A stretch of 63,973 nt of DNA, filler included, from Licmophora abbreviata (GCA_900291995.1; 10 parts of 10 records of this genome joined end to end with filler, not necessarily neighbours in it), one strand, 5' to 3'; shown: positions 10,623 through 23,319, counted from the whole stretch's first letter. The notes: generated from the sequence alone by a model not told the origin. A program made the numbers and translations.

Positions 10623-13600
10623 ATGTCCACACAGTCATCTTCTCATTTACAAGGCAGTCCAAGCCCATCACAGCATTCGGCTGCCCCGAACTCGACAAGA
10701 GTCAAAGTCGTCGCCGGATATGCCCTTCAGCAACGATTAGGATCAGGATCCTTCGCGACAGTGTACAAAGCCTCCAAAGTATTACCCGATGAAGGATCTG
10801 GAGACGTCTCAGAGTCCTCCATTGTCGCCATCAAGGCCATTTCGAGGACCAGCGAAAAGCTGACACGCAAAGTGCTCGATAATTTGGAATTGGAGATCAG
10901 CATCCTACGCACCTACCGACACCCCAATATCGTCTGCTTGCACGATGTTCAGAAGACAGATCGTCACTTTTATCTTATTCTGGAGTACTGCGGTGGAGGG
11001 GACCTGCAGCGACTCATCCGCACGCGCAAGAATGGACGACTGACGGAGCGATTGACGAGGCGCCTGATTCGTGACTTGAGCAGTGGACTTCATTTCTTAT
11101 GGGGGCAGGAACTGATTCATCGAGACATTAAACCCCAGAATCTTCTTTTGACTGGACCGCTCCCATTGGATGAGTTGAATGATCCGGCCAAGATGGACGC
11201 CCACGAAGAGCAGCGAACCTTGGCGAACTTTCCATCCGACCAGTTTGCCCTCAAGATTGCGGACTTTGGCTTTGCACGACACCTGCAAACTACGTCGCTG
11301 GCTGAGACCTTATGTGGATCTCCCTTGTACATGGCCCCTGAAATTCTACAGCATCAGAGGTAAGCAGATGAACTTCGATGGGAAGATAAACAAGGGGTGA
11401 GGCACGACTCAGAAACTCACTTGCCATAAACTCACTTGCCATACATTTCCTTGTTTGCTTCGCAGGTACGACGCCAAGGCAGATCTATGGAGCGTTGGAA
11501 CGGTTCTCTTTGAAATGATTTCAGGGCGACCGCCGTTCAATGGGGAGAATCATATCGATCTACTTCGAAACATTCAGCGCAAGGCAGTTCGACTTCCGCC
11601 CGATGTGAGGGTGAGCAAGGAATGCGTCACGCTTCTTCGTTTGCTGCTCAATCGCAACCCCCTTAGTAGGGCGGGATTCAAAGAATTCTTCGAAGCATCT
11701 GAAGCATTTGTGGCTCTCGGTTGCGAAGGAACGCCTCCTTCGACAGAGGGCATTACGTCTCAGCCTGCTGTCAAGATGGATCTTGGCACGATTCACGAAG
11801 CCGACACGGACGAGAACCACGGAGCGCAGAGCATGATGACAACGGCCACCACCATGCACCACGCGTCTCATGGATCCCGACCGCTACCACCAGTATCGCA
11901 ACCGTCGGTGACACGCACGCCGAATGCTCCAATTCAATCTCAAGCTAGAACAGAGCCAGCTCTGGCACCGGGATTTGTCACGCCTCCTTTTGGTCCACTG
12001 ACGAACCCTTCCGCCCCCTTTTCGAGCCCGCCGACAGAACTTACAAGTATCCACCAAAATCTACGCCGGGGGTATCCTGCATTTGCTCCTTTGGAACCCA
12101 GTCCGCCTGCTACGCCGGCGACTTTTCAATTTGCGTCCCAGGTACCTTCGATGCCCGTTTTGGAGGAAGGCAATGGCCGCGGGCTCAGTGCGAAGACTCC
12201 CTTATCTGTGCCTCGGGCTCAGTACGTCTCTTCCATGGATGCCGTCCAATACGGTCGAAACGAGTCGGTGGTGCAGGTATCCAGCGAGGAGAGCGGCTCT
12301 TATATAATGGTGGAGCATGGCTCGAGCTCTGCGCTTGTGATGTCTGGGGCTGATAGTTTTAATCGAATGACAAGAGACAGCCGCAAGTCTTTCGCCCCCT
12401 CACCTCCGTCCTCGCCGCGCAATCCGAAGGGGCCAGTTTTAACGTCCCGGGGAGAGTATCTTATTGTCAACGAGACCATGCACCGGACGATGTCCAAGGG
12501 CATGCTCAGCACAAGCCCTGGAACCGGTGGCGCCCTAGTAGGTCTGATGGGCGGGTCAGGGCGGCCGCGTTTATTTCATCAAGGCTCCAGCGGAAGTTTA
12601 GGCTCTGGGAATTTCGATTCGCAAGTCGAGAGTGCTGTCAAGACGATTGCGACTGGGGAAGATGTGGGACGAAGAGCCATCAGTGTTGCTCATCTCGGTG
12701 ATACCCGTGCCTATCTGGCGATGCGTCTGGTTGCGAGTATGAACGAAGAAGGCCCGTTGCTATTGTCGGCTCATCCTATGGAAGGAGTCGAGGAAGAAAC
12801 AAGTGGCGAGCAGAGTAGCGCCAACGTGACAGATTCGGAAGACAATTCGTCGGCCGCTACTCCTATCGCGGTGACGGATCGACGGCGATCTATCTCCACC
12901 GACCGTAGCATGCCTGACTTGGCAGAAGCCGACGATGAAAACGAAGAGATGCCGTTTGCAGTTGCCGCTAGTCCCGATCCATCCTCACATGCGACAGATC
13001 TCGCTATGAGCAAGATTCCTGCTCGTCCTGACGCTTCGTCCCTGTACCGACACAGTGTGTTGGGCTTGCCAAAGTCAGTCAAGGTGGAGCCTTCTACTAT
13101 CCGATCACACTTTGGTGAGGCGCTGACGTGTTATTTAAAGGCGCTGTCGATGCTCAAGGGCATGGTGAACGCAATCCACCGGGTTCGATCGGATTGGACA
13201 ACGGTACCTCCTTCCCTTTCGGCTGACCAGAAGAGTGCTGTCAAGATTCTACTGAAGCGCTGCGACGTCACGTCAACGTGGCTTTCGGGACAGTTCACCG
13301 GAGTTCTGGAGCGCGCAGATGCTGCCAACGCCGAGGTCGGCAAACTCGCCAGCTCGCAGACGTTTATAGTTCGCAACGAAGCTCTGCCCACACCGTCCGT
13401 CGAGGAGCTTATCTATACCCACTCGTTGGCGTGTGGGCGAGATGGCGCCGTCAAGCAGTTGCTAGGACAGTACGATGGAGCCCGGGCTTGCTATCGTACT
13501 GCAGGATTACTTGCAGAAACGCTACTGATGGAGTCGACGTTAGGCGAGGAAGACCGACGATCTCTTGAAAGCTATGTCGACGGTTTTGCGGACCGCATTA

Positions 13601-13776
13601 CCGAGCTGGATCAGCTCATGCTGCAGCAAAGCAAGGTTGCAAGCACGAGTCAAGGAGCTACGAGTAGCATCAGCAGTTCGAAGGCGAGAGGGTCCACGGT
13701 GATTGGTCTAATCGGAGGCATCCCGCCTCCAAGCCCGTCTGGATTGCAGGCTAGCGCGCCGTTCGCTCAAGTGTAA
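10623..13776 (+). CDS. ATG1: Autophagy Ser/Thr kinase ATG1/ULK; exons 10623-11359 and 11466-13776
   Basis: GSGSFATV, HRDIKPQN, DFGFAR, LAETLCGSPLYMAPE; GT-AG intron 11360-11465 restores QRYDAKADLWS; helical MIT-like C-terminus. Confidence 0.92.
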
Positions 13777-13873
13777 AAAGAGCGTAGAAGACTTCTAACT
13801 ACATCCGTAAAATACTGCTTTGATTAACTAGCAGAGCGATGTTATCATCTCTGATATACTAGGAATGAACTGG

Positions 13874-16721
13874 TTAACAAGAGTCGCAACACACACAAGT
13901 CAAATCCACGTTTGACCCTCCACAAGTGGCTTCAAACAGCTCCAAGGTTGAGTTCGAGTGCAACCTACAAACGGACGATGGGACCGTCCCACTCAGATTA
14001 TTGTGACTGAGTACGAGAGATTCTGTCGACAAAGATAGAAACACGTAGCTTTAGTGCAAGGCGATCGAGCAAGGCGGTGTCATTGCGAAGGTGTTATTTG
14101 CACTTACGGAGCTCCGAGAGCTTGCCAAGTTCTGACGGCACGGTCCCAACAAGATTGTTGGAATAAATGGAGAGACGTCCTGAGAAAATCAAATCATGTC
14201 AAGAAAGGGTTAAGTGAAAAACGAACACAACAGCGGTTGGTAATATGGTCAGGCGAAGAACGACTTACGGAGCACTCCAAAGGTTCCTAGGGTGGTCGGT
14301 AGGCTACCACCAAGCGCGTTCTGTTCCAAAAGAAGTTCGCCTGTGTAATAGGATACCGTGGAAACAAAAAGGGTGAGAGCAGGAGCGCTGGAGAGCAGTG
14401 GATACATAGAAGCAGCGTACTTACGCAATGTATTGGTTGCTGCGATCGAAGGGATGTTGCCCGTGAACACATTGTCGTCGAGATGCACTTGCTCTGAAGA
14501 TAGATGATACGAAAATGATGCCAATGAACGAGGGAGAGTAAGCTACTGACTTCGCTATAGGCGCACCTATACCCCACATGTGATTGCCAAAAAGTCGACT
14601 CACCTAGCTTCTCAGACAGTAAGTCAGGTATGGGGCCGAAAAGTTCATTCCCATGCATATGAAGTGTCGCTGATGCCCGCCGGTGAAGGAAGAGGTAAGC
14701 ATGGCGTCTTTCAAGCATCATGGAAGTCAGCGAATCACTATGTAACTCACCTAGATTTGGGAGGAACCCCAACGCTCTCGGTAACGTCCCTTGAATCTGA
14801 TTGTTTCCCAGAGCCACGACAGCTTCAAACATCGAACAGCGAGAAATACAAAACAACTCAGACGGATGCTCAATGAGGCCATGTCAGCCGAACACCGCGA
14901 TTCAACTTACCGAGGTGATCGAGGTTAATAAGACCAACCGGAAATTCTCCTGTAAACCAATTGTCGTACATTCGGAGGTCTTTTAGGTTCACCAGATTTC
15001 CAACGCTATTTGGGATCGTCCCAGTTAAGCTGTTCTCACTTAAGTCCACATGGACAAGCCCGTCCTTGCTTCCAAAAGTATGTGGGATACTACCCTCTAA
15101 GTTGTTATCGTCCAGGAACAGAGTGTCTATTCCAGAGAAGCAAGGGAGGGGGCGCTGAAGGCTTGAGTGAAATAATACATCACACATGACCAACAATTTT
15201 GTTAGCACTTACGGAGGCGAGATAAGGTGAAGATTGAGCTCGGAATCGATCCAGAAATCGAATTCTTCTGAAGGAGGAGTTGGGCTGCATGGAACGAGTG
15301 ACAAGACGCGTTAGCTCTGCTGTTTCCTAGGTGCAAAAGACCATAATGGTGGCTGGCATACGATGCGTACCCAAGTCCTTCAACCCTAATATTTCGTTCG
15401 GCAATGGAAATCGGAGATTGTTTTCTGGCAGACCCAGAACGGTGACAACTTGCGCAAAGGCCTCGCCCTCTAGTTCATTCTCCAAGCCTTGTCCACTTCC
15501 ATTTGCTCCTGGAAAGCTGTCACTGCCGTCCCGACCACATCCAATTCCTACCCATGTACATTCGTGACTGGTCGACAGCCAAAGCTCGTCATGTATCCAG
15601 TCTTCGTCTCCCCCGCCCATGGAAAAGTACAGGGTAGCCAAAGCATATCGCTGCATAACCCGCGCGTTTGAGGATGGTGTGTTAAGCATAATATCCTGCT
15701 GCAGCCACTCCAGTGCCTTGCTTTGTGCTGAGTTTGCATCGTTGAAAGCTGCCGGATCACTCACTGTCGACACAAAACTCTGAATTTCCTGGAGGGACCA
15801 ATCTCCAATGTCTGGCGACGGATCCGTCGGATGATCGTTCTCGTCGAACTCCGGAGGAGCAGGCGGAGATGGACGTGGAGGCGGGGAAGGTCGAGGGGTA
15901 ACATTGATGGTTGTGTTGCTGTTGACACCACCAGGAGAGTCACTGTTGTCATCGTCGTTCCATCCCGCCAGGAACACGATGCATCCCACGATGAGCACCG
16001 TTACAAACAGGCAGTTTACTGCCATACATGCGAAACGTATTAGGCGCTTCCGTGAGACACCCGTTAGATTCACAGCGCTCTCTACCTTGTGAATTCCATC
16101 AGCCTCATCGGTTTGACTTTCCTCATCGCCTCCTCCTAGGCCGTTAGCGAAGCGCAAGACTCGATGCGGAAGATTCTTGGTGATCACTGCAATTGGAGAC
16201 AGTGCTCTATTGGGAGGCGATTCCTTTTCGACAAAATCTTGGAGTGCTTCATCGTAGTTCTTGGGCTTTCGCTTGCTAAATAGGTACTGGTTTGCTACGC
16301 CGACGTCAACAATGCCATCCGGAGGTCGTTCCATGTCTAGCGAAAGCATGGAAGGAGACGACGATCTCGCAGCGTCCCCGAACAATTGATCTTGTGGGGT
16401 GACATCGGAAGAAAAGTCGAGCTGTTCTATGTCTTCATCGTGAAATGTCGGACTGTTCGATTTGTGCTTGTGTGGACCGAACTTTCCCTTGCGTCGACTC
16501 TTCCGACGTTGCTGTTTCATGTCGAGTTTCTTCTTGCTGGTCGTGCGAAAGGCACGAACCGAAGGAAGCTTCTCATAGCGCTTTTCTTCCCATGATCGTT
16601 GACCCAGCGGCGTGACATTTGCTTCCGTCGTGTCGATTCGATAGATGCCATCCTTCTCATCTCTTGGTGAGACGGGAGGAGAGTCACGCGGCGGGGAGGA
16701 CTCTAGCGAACTCATGGTCAT
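13874..16721 (-). CDS. Single-pass LRR receptor-like protein, 9 exons (16721-15371, 15284-15213, 15126-14911, 14822-14751, 14669-14604, 14493-14425, 14340-14269, 14179-14108, 14022-13874)
   Basis: Disordered N-terminus, one TM helix, Pro-rich linker, QRYALATLYF...ECTWVGIGC cap, plant-type LxLxxNxLxGxIP repeats and a CVCCDSC C-terminus; all eight GT-AG introns traced in frame. Confidence 0.88.
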
Positions 16722-16923
16722 GGTGTGGATGCGTTGGATTGTGGGCACACACTGCAAAAAGTGAGCAAAAAATTAGGCCGAAAAGCGAGATATTCTGCTG
16801 GGGAGTCATTTCGTGTCAGAATAGTCATCGTGACGTTATGTTCTGCGCGAACCGTTTCGCGCGAGGGAGGGTGATGGATCTTTCAAAAGATCTTTCATCA
16901 ACAATACGCGTCCATCAATCACC

Positions 16924-18354
16924 ATGATGATGATACAGAAAACAGCGACTTTTCTCATCTTCCTGACTTCCAAAAACAGGCTCACACTCCTTTTGATCTT
17001 CGGACGGTTGACATTGGGTGATGCTGACTTGAGATCAGCCCCGACCAGTCTGACTTCTTTTCTTGTTCCGATAAGAAGGCCAACCGGTCGGCATCAGCTT
17101 TCCGTCTGGCAGAGGACGAGAACATTGGTGTCTGGGACTCCTTCGTGGTCCGAATTGGAAATTTGCTTTGGTGAGGCCTACAAAACGCAAGGTCCTAGTG
17201 TCATTGACTCAGTACTCCAACCTGACAAGCCGGACTTTTCCACACATCACCCCACACTGTTTCGAGAACGGCATGGCTGGTGTCCCTACTCGGAACGTGT
17301 CTGGTTGACGTTGGAACTTCTCAACACACCCTATGACACCATTCGCATTGACAATACAGGAGGAGGAAAGCCATCTTACTACTCCGGTCTTACGCCACAG
17401 CTAAAATGGCCGGATGGAAAGATGCAAGGAGAATCGCTCGATTTAATGAGAGATTTGGAGCACCACTACGGGGCTGGCACAGACGATTTGTCACTCGGTT
17501 TTAGCAATCCTCAAGTTCAGAACTATATCAGCCAGTTTCGAAGTACATTTCCTTCACGAGCTCGGCCTTCTTCTAGAGCTGCCTTTTTGTTTCAGGGGAA
17601 CGGCGATCCCCTTTGGAAGAGTGTCTTTGAGGAAACGTTGCAAAAGACGGACCAGCTACTAAGTGAGAGTTCCAACAGCGGACCCTTCTTTTGCGGCGAC
17701 ACCATCTCCGCTGCCGATGTGGCATGGGCGCCATTTCTAGAACGATATCGTTACCAGCTACCATGTCTACATCGAGGCTTGGATCCTAACGACTCGGAAG
17801 TGTACCCTCACCTGGCGCTGTGGTACGAAGCCATGGACACGACGATTCCTGCCTACGCGTGCCGCGTCAAGGGTGATGCGGCAAGTTGGCGTAAGGTCTT
17901 GACCATGGCAGGCTTTGGGAATTCAGGAGTACCGCCTGAAATTACCGCCAACATACAAGAGAGGGCGGAAGAGGAAATGAAAATCGCAGATAGAACCATC
18001 AACAACGGACTATGGAAAGAGTATGCGTCCACTCGACCGTACCTAGCGGAGACATGTCAGGCGGAAGCGGCAATGATAATGACCAAAAATAAGGATGCCA
18101 TAATCAAAGATGCGTTGAAGCGCTACGATGATGCAACTTGGAACCAAAAGGGACTACCAATCACGGAAGCCGACTTGTCCTCATCACTTCGGGCTCTGGT
18201 TTGCGTGCTTCTCGACGAGACAGACGCTCGTGCGAGAGAGATCCCAGGAGTGGGCCCTATGACCAAGTTTCTGGATGCTCGAATGTGCGTCCCTAGAGAT
18301 ATGGGCGCCATGAGTGCAGCATCGATCAAGAAGCTAGCGTTTGAATTGCCGTAG
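16924..18354 (+). CDS. Cys-type glutathione S-transferase-like protein (omega/lambda/DHAR-like), probably organelle-targeted
   Basis: WCPYSERVW active site, GESLDLM, GPFFCGDTISAADVAWAPFLER. Confidence 0.8.
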   Translation: MMMIQKTATFLIFLTSKNRLTLLLIFGRLTLGDADLRSAPTSLTSFLVPIRRPTGRHQLSVWQRTRTLVSGTPSWSELEICFGEAYKTQGPSVIDSVLQPDKPDFSTHHPTLFRERHGWCPYSERVWLTLELLNTPYDTIRIDNTGGGKPSYYSGLTPQLKWPDGKMQGESLDLMRDLEHHYGAGTDDLSLGFSNPQVQNYISQFRSTFPSRARPSSRAAFLFQGNGDPLWKSVFEETLQKTDQLLSESSNSGPFFCGDTISAADVAWAPFLERYRYQLPCLHRGLDPNDSEVYPHLALWYEAMDTTIPAYACRVKGDAASWRKVLTMAGFGNSGVPPEITANIQERAEEEMKIADRTINNGLWKEYASTRPYLAETCQAEAAMIMTKNKDAIIKDALKRYDDATWNQKGLPITEADLSSSLRALVCVLLDETDARAREIPGVGPMTKFLDARMCVPRDMGAMSAASIKKLAFELP

Positions 18355-18705
18355 GTGAAAGTACTATCGGAATACCCTACTTCTGTAGTAAGGCTAGTGC
18401 TAATGGTCTGTCGCGGTACGTTGATACCTGCACCCGTGCAATTTTCTCGTATCCGTTCAAGATTGATTATACAGCTTCGAATACTGAATTATCGCTCAAA
18501 TTTTGGATTCACAAGACCAAGAGTCGTGGGACGATGACGCGAGGCCGGACGAAAGATGAGGGCGGGTACGGCGCGTTAGCACACTGCTCAATTTCTCATT
18601 TTTTTCTGTACAGCGTCGCAGCATCGCCAGAGAGGCCCCTTGTTGCTAATCGAAAATTGCGTTACGAAACTACTCAAGAAATCTTGAAGAAGAGGTCCGA
18701 GAAAG

Positions 18706-21700
18706 ATGAGTGAGTCGATCCGTCTGGAATTTTCCGATTTCGTGGACCTTCAGACTCGACTGGTTTTGCTGCCACGCGTCGAGGAGGAGGGAATTGGAGC
18801 CACCGTGGCAGCGTACAAGCCGCTCGGCCGCAGACATGAGAAGGAAAACGAAGCGCCCGAGGGGAGGGGAGAAGAAGAGCTGACTCCCAGAACAAAATGC
18901 AGCTCAGAAGGCGCCAAGTCAGACACACTTCCGGGCGCGGACAGCATCGAGAGGGAGTCGTCGGTTTCGCTTGAGAAGAAAGACCCAGAAGTGCGAGAAG
19001 ACGCGGATGCTATCGTTGAAGAGAAGAAGGATGAAGCATCGGAAGACACAGTAGCATCTGTTGATGACAGTGAAGTTCCAGCTGCTATCGCATCGGACTC
19101 CTCGTCAGAAGACTTTAATTCCGAGGAACGCGATATTGTGGGTCTGGTACTATCAGGCATCACTTCGACAGAGTCTGGAGGGGAATCGTGGTATTCAAAA
19201 GACTTTACATCTATTCTGGCTTCGATTCGTGAAGCCCCAACCCCGATTGTCCTCCATCTGTCAACGCCAGAAGAAGGCGATAGCTCGAGTGACGATAGCA
19301 CAAACAGCGAAACAGTCCAGGAGCGAACAGACGATGACGCCAGCACCATTAGCAGTGCACACCCCGAGAATAGCGACGAAAATGATACCGGATCCATGTC
19401 TCCGACGAGCACCAACAAGTCCCTGGGTGGCCGATTTGCGAATTGGGGGTCGCAGCTGAGAGCAACTTCGGCTATCCTTGCAGCAGAGGCCGCTTCCGGT
19501 GCTGCTCATCTATCGACTGCGGTCAAGTCTGCAGCGGCGGAACGTTCCGCAAAAGGGGTTCAATCTACTGAAGAAGGCTCACATATGAAAAAAGCGAACT
19601 TGTCAGTCGATTGGCTTCCCGAAAGGCCGTCGTGCAGTATCTTCATCCAATGTAATTCGGGAAAGTTTGTTCCCATACCAGAGAAGTCTCCTGCTACTGG
19701 TGCAACGTCGCTTTCTTCAACAGAATCGACACCCAGAATAACAACATCGTCACTTCTAGTGGTGCGATTATCGCCTTCTCAGGCCTGTCCAACAAAAGGA
19801 TTACACTTTCAATGGCACAGATCTTGCGAGAACCCATCGGACGGCTCCATGTCGTCCTCCTCTGCTGGCACCGGAAGCCATCAGAGCCACGATAACAGTC
19901 ATGGTCGTGAAAGCATCGCATCCACCACTACAGAGTGGACGATACTATCAGGGGCAACATATGCGGCGTATCAGCCTAACGCGACCGATGTCGGGCACCG
20001 TCTCCGATGCGAAGTGACTGGGGATGGAGTGCTTGAGACAACAAACGACGACAGCGATTATACGACAATTTGCGAGACTCACGAAGTGGTTGCAGCAGAC
20101 ATGTCACTCTTTATTGGTGCCAGACAGGCGCTGGGAAGGGGAGCTCATTTCGGAAATCTACATGGACGAGGGAATGCGGAAGGCCGTACGTTCCGACTTC
20201 ATGTGGAAATCTCTCGGGTCGCTCACCCTGGTAGAAGGGCGATGGATGTTGCCAGTGCCCTCTCGATCTATCAGGTCTCAGGAGAAACTGCCGAAAAGAT
20301 ACACGAAGAGCCAATCGTGAGACCGATGGCTGTTGCGTATAATTCTCAGCCCAAAGCCTTTGATCTCGTCTTTCCGTGTGACTCTTCTTCGATGCTTTAC
20401 GCGCTGTCCACCAATGGTCGTTTCCAGCTGCAGGCACCAAACAGAATAACCCGCGAAACTTTCTTACTATCGCTGGGCATTGCAAATCATCAAGGTCGGC
20501 CTGTGAATCTGGATGTCACGACTGTTCTCTTCCCAGGCGCATCTATTGACAGCATCTGCGAGATTGTTTCGGAGGCGGTAGTGGAGCGCACGCCGACACA
20601 TTCCAACAGGGTCGAAGCAGATCACTTTTTCACTCCCCTTGCGACTTCTAGTGCTCTTAAAGACACAACTGATGTTGATTCTTTGTCTGATGACCATGTT
20701 AAGGAGCTCGAACTGGAGCTCCAGGCTCTCCGTTCAAGGCTCGTGCGTAAGGACAGGGTTATCTCAGACCTTCAGAGACAGGTGACACAGTCCGAGAAGC
20801 TGCGGCAAAAGTCTGAATCCGAATTGTCATGCTGTAGGGAAGATCTGGAGAAAAGTCGCAAGGAATGTCGCGATACCTACTCGGGCGTAAGGCTGGCGGA
20901 GAAACGCAACGAAACACATAGCGACACAGTTCAACGCCTCAAAGGGGATAATGCACGCCATGTCGCTTCGCTCGAAGGCCGTTTATCGTCGCAGTCCAAA
21001 CAGATTGCTACCCTCGAAAAGAATGTTCGATCGCTACAAAACGAAAAGGCGGTTCTGTCCGCCGCCGTTGAAGCTCGTGATAGCAAAGTTGCGAAAATGA
21101 CCGAAATGCAGAAAGTCGTCGATTGTTTGTCTGAAAAGGTTTCGAGAGGAGACGCATTGCGCACAGAACTTAATGATATGAGCCAGCGCTACGCAGAAAT
21201 CTCTCGGGAAATGGAAAAGGTGTCGCGATTCGAACGCGAATGTCGTGACGAGCTGGAGGAGACCCGAAAAACAACAGAGGAGCTCAACGGTCGTCTTGCA
21301 AAGGAACAGAAGAAGACTGCTTGCTGTCAAACACAGCTTGAGAGCCTCCAACTGAAGATTCAACAGCTGAAAGCGGAACGGAACAGCTACAAGCAAAAGG
21401 CAGAAAGTCTCTCCAAAGAAGTGTCCCGCATCTGTCGTCACGGGCGTTCACTGAACGACGTAGAGAAGATGATTGGCGACGAGGAATCCCGTAGGATGGA
21501 AGTTTCGTTGCTGAAGTCGCAAAAGCGCCAAGCCTTACAGGACTTGCATCACTATCGGACATCATACGAACAATCACAGATTGCTCAACAGCGAGCAGGG
21601 GTTGATGGTGAAGCAATGCGCGCGTTAGAACAGAAGGCAGAAATGGAACGGGTCGTTGCAGAAATGACCGAGTATTTGCAGGCCAAAGAAATGCAGCTGG

Positions 21701-21783
21701 AAACGCTTCGGCAAGTGAACCAGGCCTTGACGGAGGAGCTTCATGAACTGGCAAAAGCCAACATGAGCCAGAATGATATTTAG
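18706..21783 (+). CDS. Large coiled-coil protein with a central AIR9/SCAB-like Ig module
   Basis: 1025-aa ATG ORF; FQWHRS...GATYAAYQPNATDVGHRLRCEV motif; ~350-aa heptad-rich C-terminus. Confidence 0.7.
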   Translation: MSESIRLEFSDFVDLQTRLVLLPRVEEEGIGATVAAYKPLGRRHEKENEAPEGRGEEELTPRTKCSSEGAKSDTLPGADSIERESSVSLEKKDPEVREDADAIVEEKKDEASEDTVASVDDSEVPAAIASDSSSEDFNSEERDIVGLVLSGITSTESGGESWYSKDFTSILASIREAPTPIVLHLSTPEEGDSSSDDSTNSETVQERTDDDASTISSAHPENSDENDTGSMSPTSTNKSLGGRFANWGSQLRATSAILAAEAASGAAHLSTAVKSAAAERSAKGVQSTEEGSHMKKANLSVDWLPERPSCSIFIQCNSGKFVPIPEKSPATGATSLSSTESTPRITTSSLLVVRLSPSQACPTKGLHFQWHRSCENPSDGSMSSSSAGTGSHQSHDNSHGRESIASTTTEWTILSGATYAAYQPNATDVGHRLRCEVTGDGVLETTNDDSDYTTICETHEVVAADMSLFIGARQALGRGAHFGNLHGRGNAEGRTFRLHVEISRVAHPGRRAMDVASALSIYQVSGETAEKIHEEPIVRPMAVAYNSQPKAFDLVFPCDSSSMLYALSTNGRFQLQAPNRITRETFLLSLGIANHQGRPVNLDVTTVLFPGASIDSICEIVSEAVVERTPTHSNRVEADHFFTPLATSSALKDTTDVDSLSDDHVKELELELQALRSRLVRKDRVISDLQRQVTQSEKLRQKSESELSCCREDLEKSRKECRDTYSGVRLAEKRNETHSDTVQRLKGDNARHVASLEGRLSSQSKQIATLEKNVRSLQNEKAVLSAAVEARDSKVAKMTEMQKVVDCLSEKVSRGDALRTELNDMSQRYAEISREMEKVSRFERECRDELEETRKTTEELNGRLAKEQKKTACCQTQLESLQLKIQQLKAERNSYKQKAESLSKEVSRICRHGRSLNDVEKMIGDEESRRMEVSLLKSQKRQALQDLHHYRTSYEQSQIAQQRAGVDGEAMRALEQKAEMERVVAEMTEYLQAKEMQLETLRQVNQALTEELHELAKANMSQNDI

Positions 21784-21972
21784 AAAAAGAGATCTGCCGT
21801 GTCTAGATGGGACGGCGTGTATATTGGACGCATCAAACCTGTAACATTGAACATAGTGTAAAAGACGCGCTTTTTAAATGCTATGTACAGCGTGCGTTAT
21901 GAGTTCGTGTTGCCTCGCTCATTATCACTAGAAACGCTCGTCGCCTCGCCTCTGCTCGTTAGATCAAATATA

Positions 21973-23319
21973 TCAGTGTGCCGCGCCACTGTTCGTGCCA
22001 AGAGCGGGGTAGATCACGCACAGAGTGCCAATGGCCACCAACACATTTCCTGACCAACCCAGAATTCCGGGTAACGCGCCCACGCCAAAGGCGTGTGCAA
22101 TAAAAGACGCCAGCATGGGTTCAAGAAGCGTCGCAAGAGCGATAATGACATTGTCAAAATAGGCCATGGCCTTGACAAAGCCCATGGTGCCAACGCAGTT
22201 TACAACCACCGCCAAGTACAGGAGAGTCGGGAGTCTGAACTCATGAAAATTCCACCACCCCAGAACACCATAGTACGGATTCAAGCTGAATTCAACTTGC
22301 ATTGTTGGATCCATCATGATGTAAGCGAGTACAAGGAAAGAACCGAAAAACATAACGCTGAACATGAAGACAGTCACCGGCATTTGCGAGCGGACAGTCT
22401 TGGCAAAGGTCAGGTAGCCGACCCCGCAAACGGCCGAACTAAGCGCTAGAAAGTCTCCGAAATAACCATTCTTGGACGGAAGGGCATCTTCGCTTGTCCC
22501 TTCCTCGCTCGCGCATACCAACGCGCCCGAGAAAGCCACGACAACACCCGCGGCCTCGAGCACGTGAATCCTCTCCCCGACAAAGGTCTTGCCGATCACC
22601 AGTAGGAGTGCTTGTGAATTGGCGAAAATCAAAGCATTGCCGATCGCAGTATACTCAAGTGCCGTCATGAAGAGCAACCCATGGACCGAGTAGCACACGA
22701 CGGCTGCCAGGAAGGTCAGCCAGGTCCCAAAGCTCAGTCTCGGGACGCCGTCTGTGTATACGTGCTGAAATGCGAAGACTCCTAGTACTAGATAGGACGC
22801 CGTCATGCGCCAGAATAACTTCATTGGAGCTTGCACCCCCTCCAACAGGTGGAGGGCCGTTGCATTGGAAGACACGGCCACGACCGCCAGAAGCAAGCTG
22901 GCGTACTGTACAATGGGCGGGCCACTGGTGATCAGGGCGTCATCTTCGCCGGGAAGAACTTCTTCCACAAACAAGGACATATCGTCCGGAATAATGGAGA
23001 GCGAACGTGTCATGGACATGTCCAGAAATCCCGTTTCTCCCTGGTCAAAGTCATCGAGCTCTTTGACAAAGGAAACCTGAATGTGCTGAGCGTTCTCCGC
23101 GATGTCTTCGGCAATTGCAGGCAACAATTCACGCATGGAATCGGAAATCTGGGTCAAACTTCGAGTCCCGCGCTGTATACCACCGAAACGGGCTGTCTTG
23201 ATGCCTTCCGCACCAGCAAGACTCTCGTAATCGACCGATCGACTCTTGCGGTGCTGCTGTGGTCGATCATTCTTCTCCAGCAGCCGTGCTGTGGCGTCTC
23301 CTTCCTCTTCAGTGCCCAT
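21973..23319 (-). CDS. EamA/DMT-family transporter
   Basis: About ten TM segments; ALEYTAIGNA, GDFLALSSA, TLLEPMLAS motifs. Confidence 0.85.
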   Translation of the reverse strand: MGTEEEGDATARLLEKNDRPQQHRKSRSVDYESLAGAEGIKTARFGGIQRGTRSLTQISDSMRELLPAIAEDIAENAQHIQVSFVKELDDFDQGETGFLDMSMTRSLSIIPDDMSLFVEEVLPGEDDALITSGPPIVQYASLLLAVVAVSSNATALHLLEGVQAPMKLFWRMTASYLVLGVFAFQHVYTDGVPRLSFGTWLTFLAAVVCYSVHGLLFMTALEYTAIGNALIFANSQALLLVIGKTFVGERIHVLEAAGVVVAFSGALVCASEEGTSEDALPSKNGYFGDFLALSSAVCGVGYLTFAKTVRSQMPVTVFMFSVMFFGSFLVLAYIMMDPTMQVEFSLNPYYGVLGWWNFHEFRLPTLLYLAVVVNCVGTMGFVKAMAYFDNVIIALATLLEPMLASFIAHAFGVGALPGILGWSGNVLVAIGTLCVIYPALGTNSGAAH

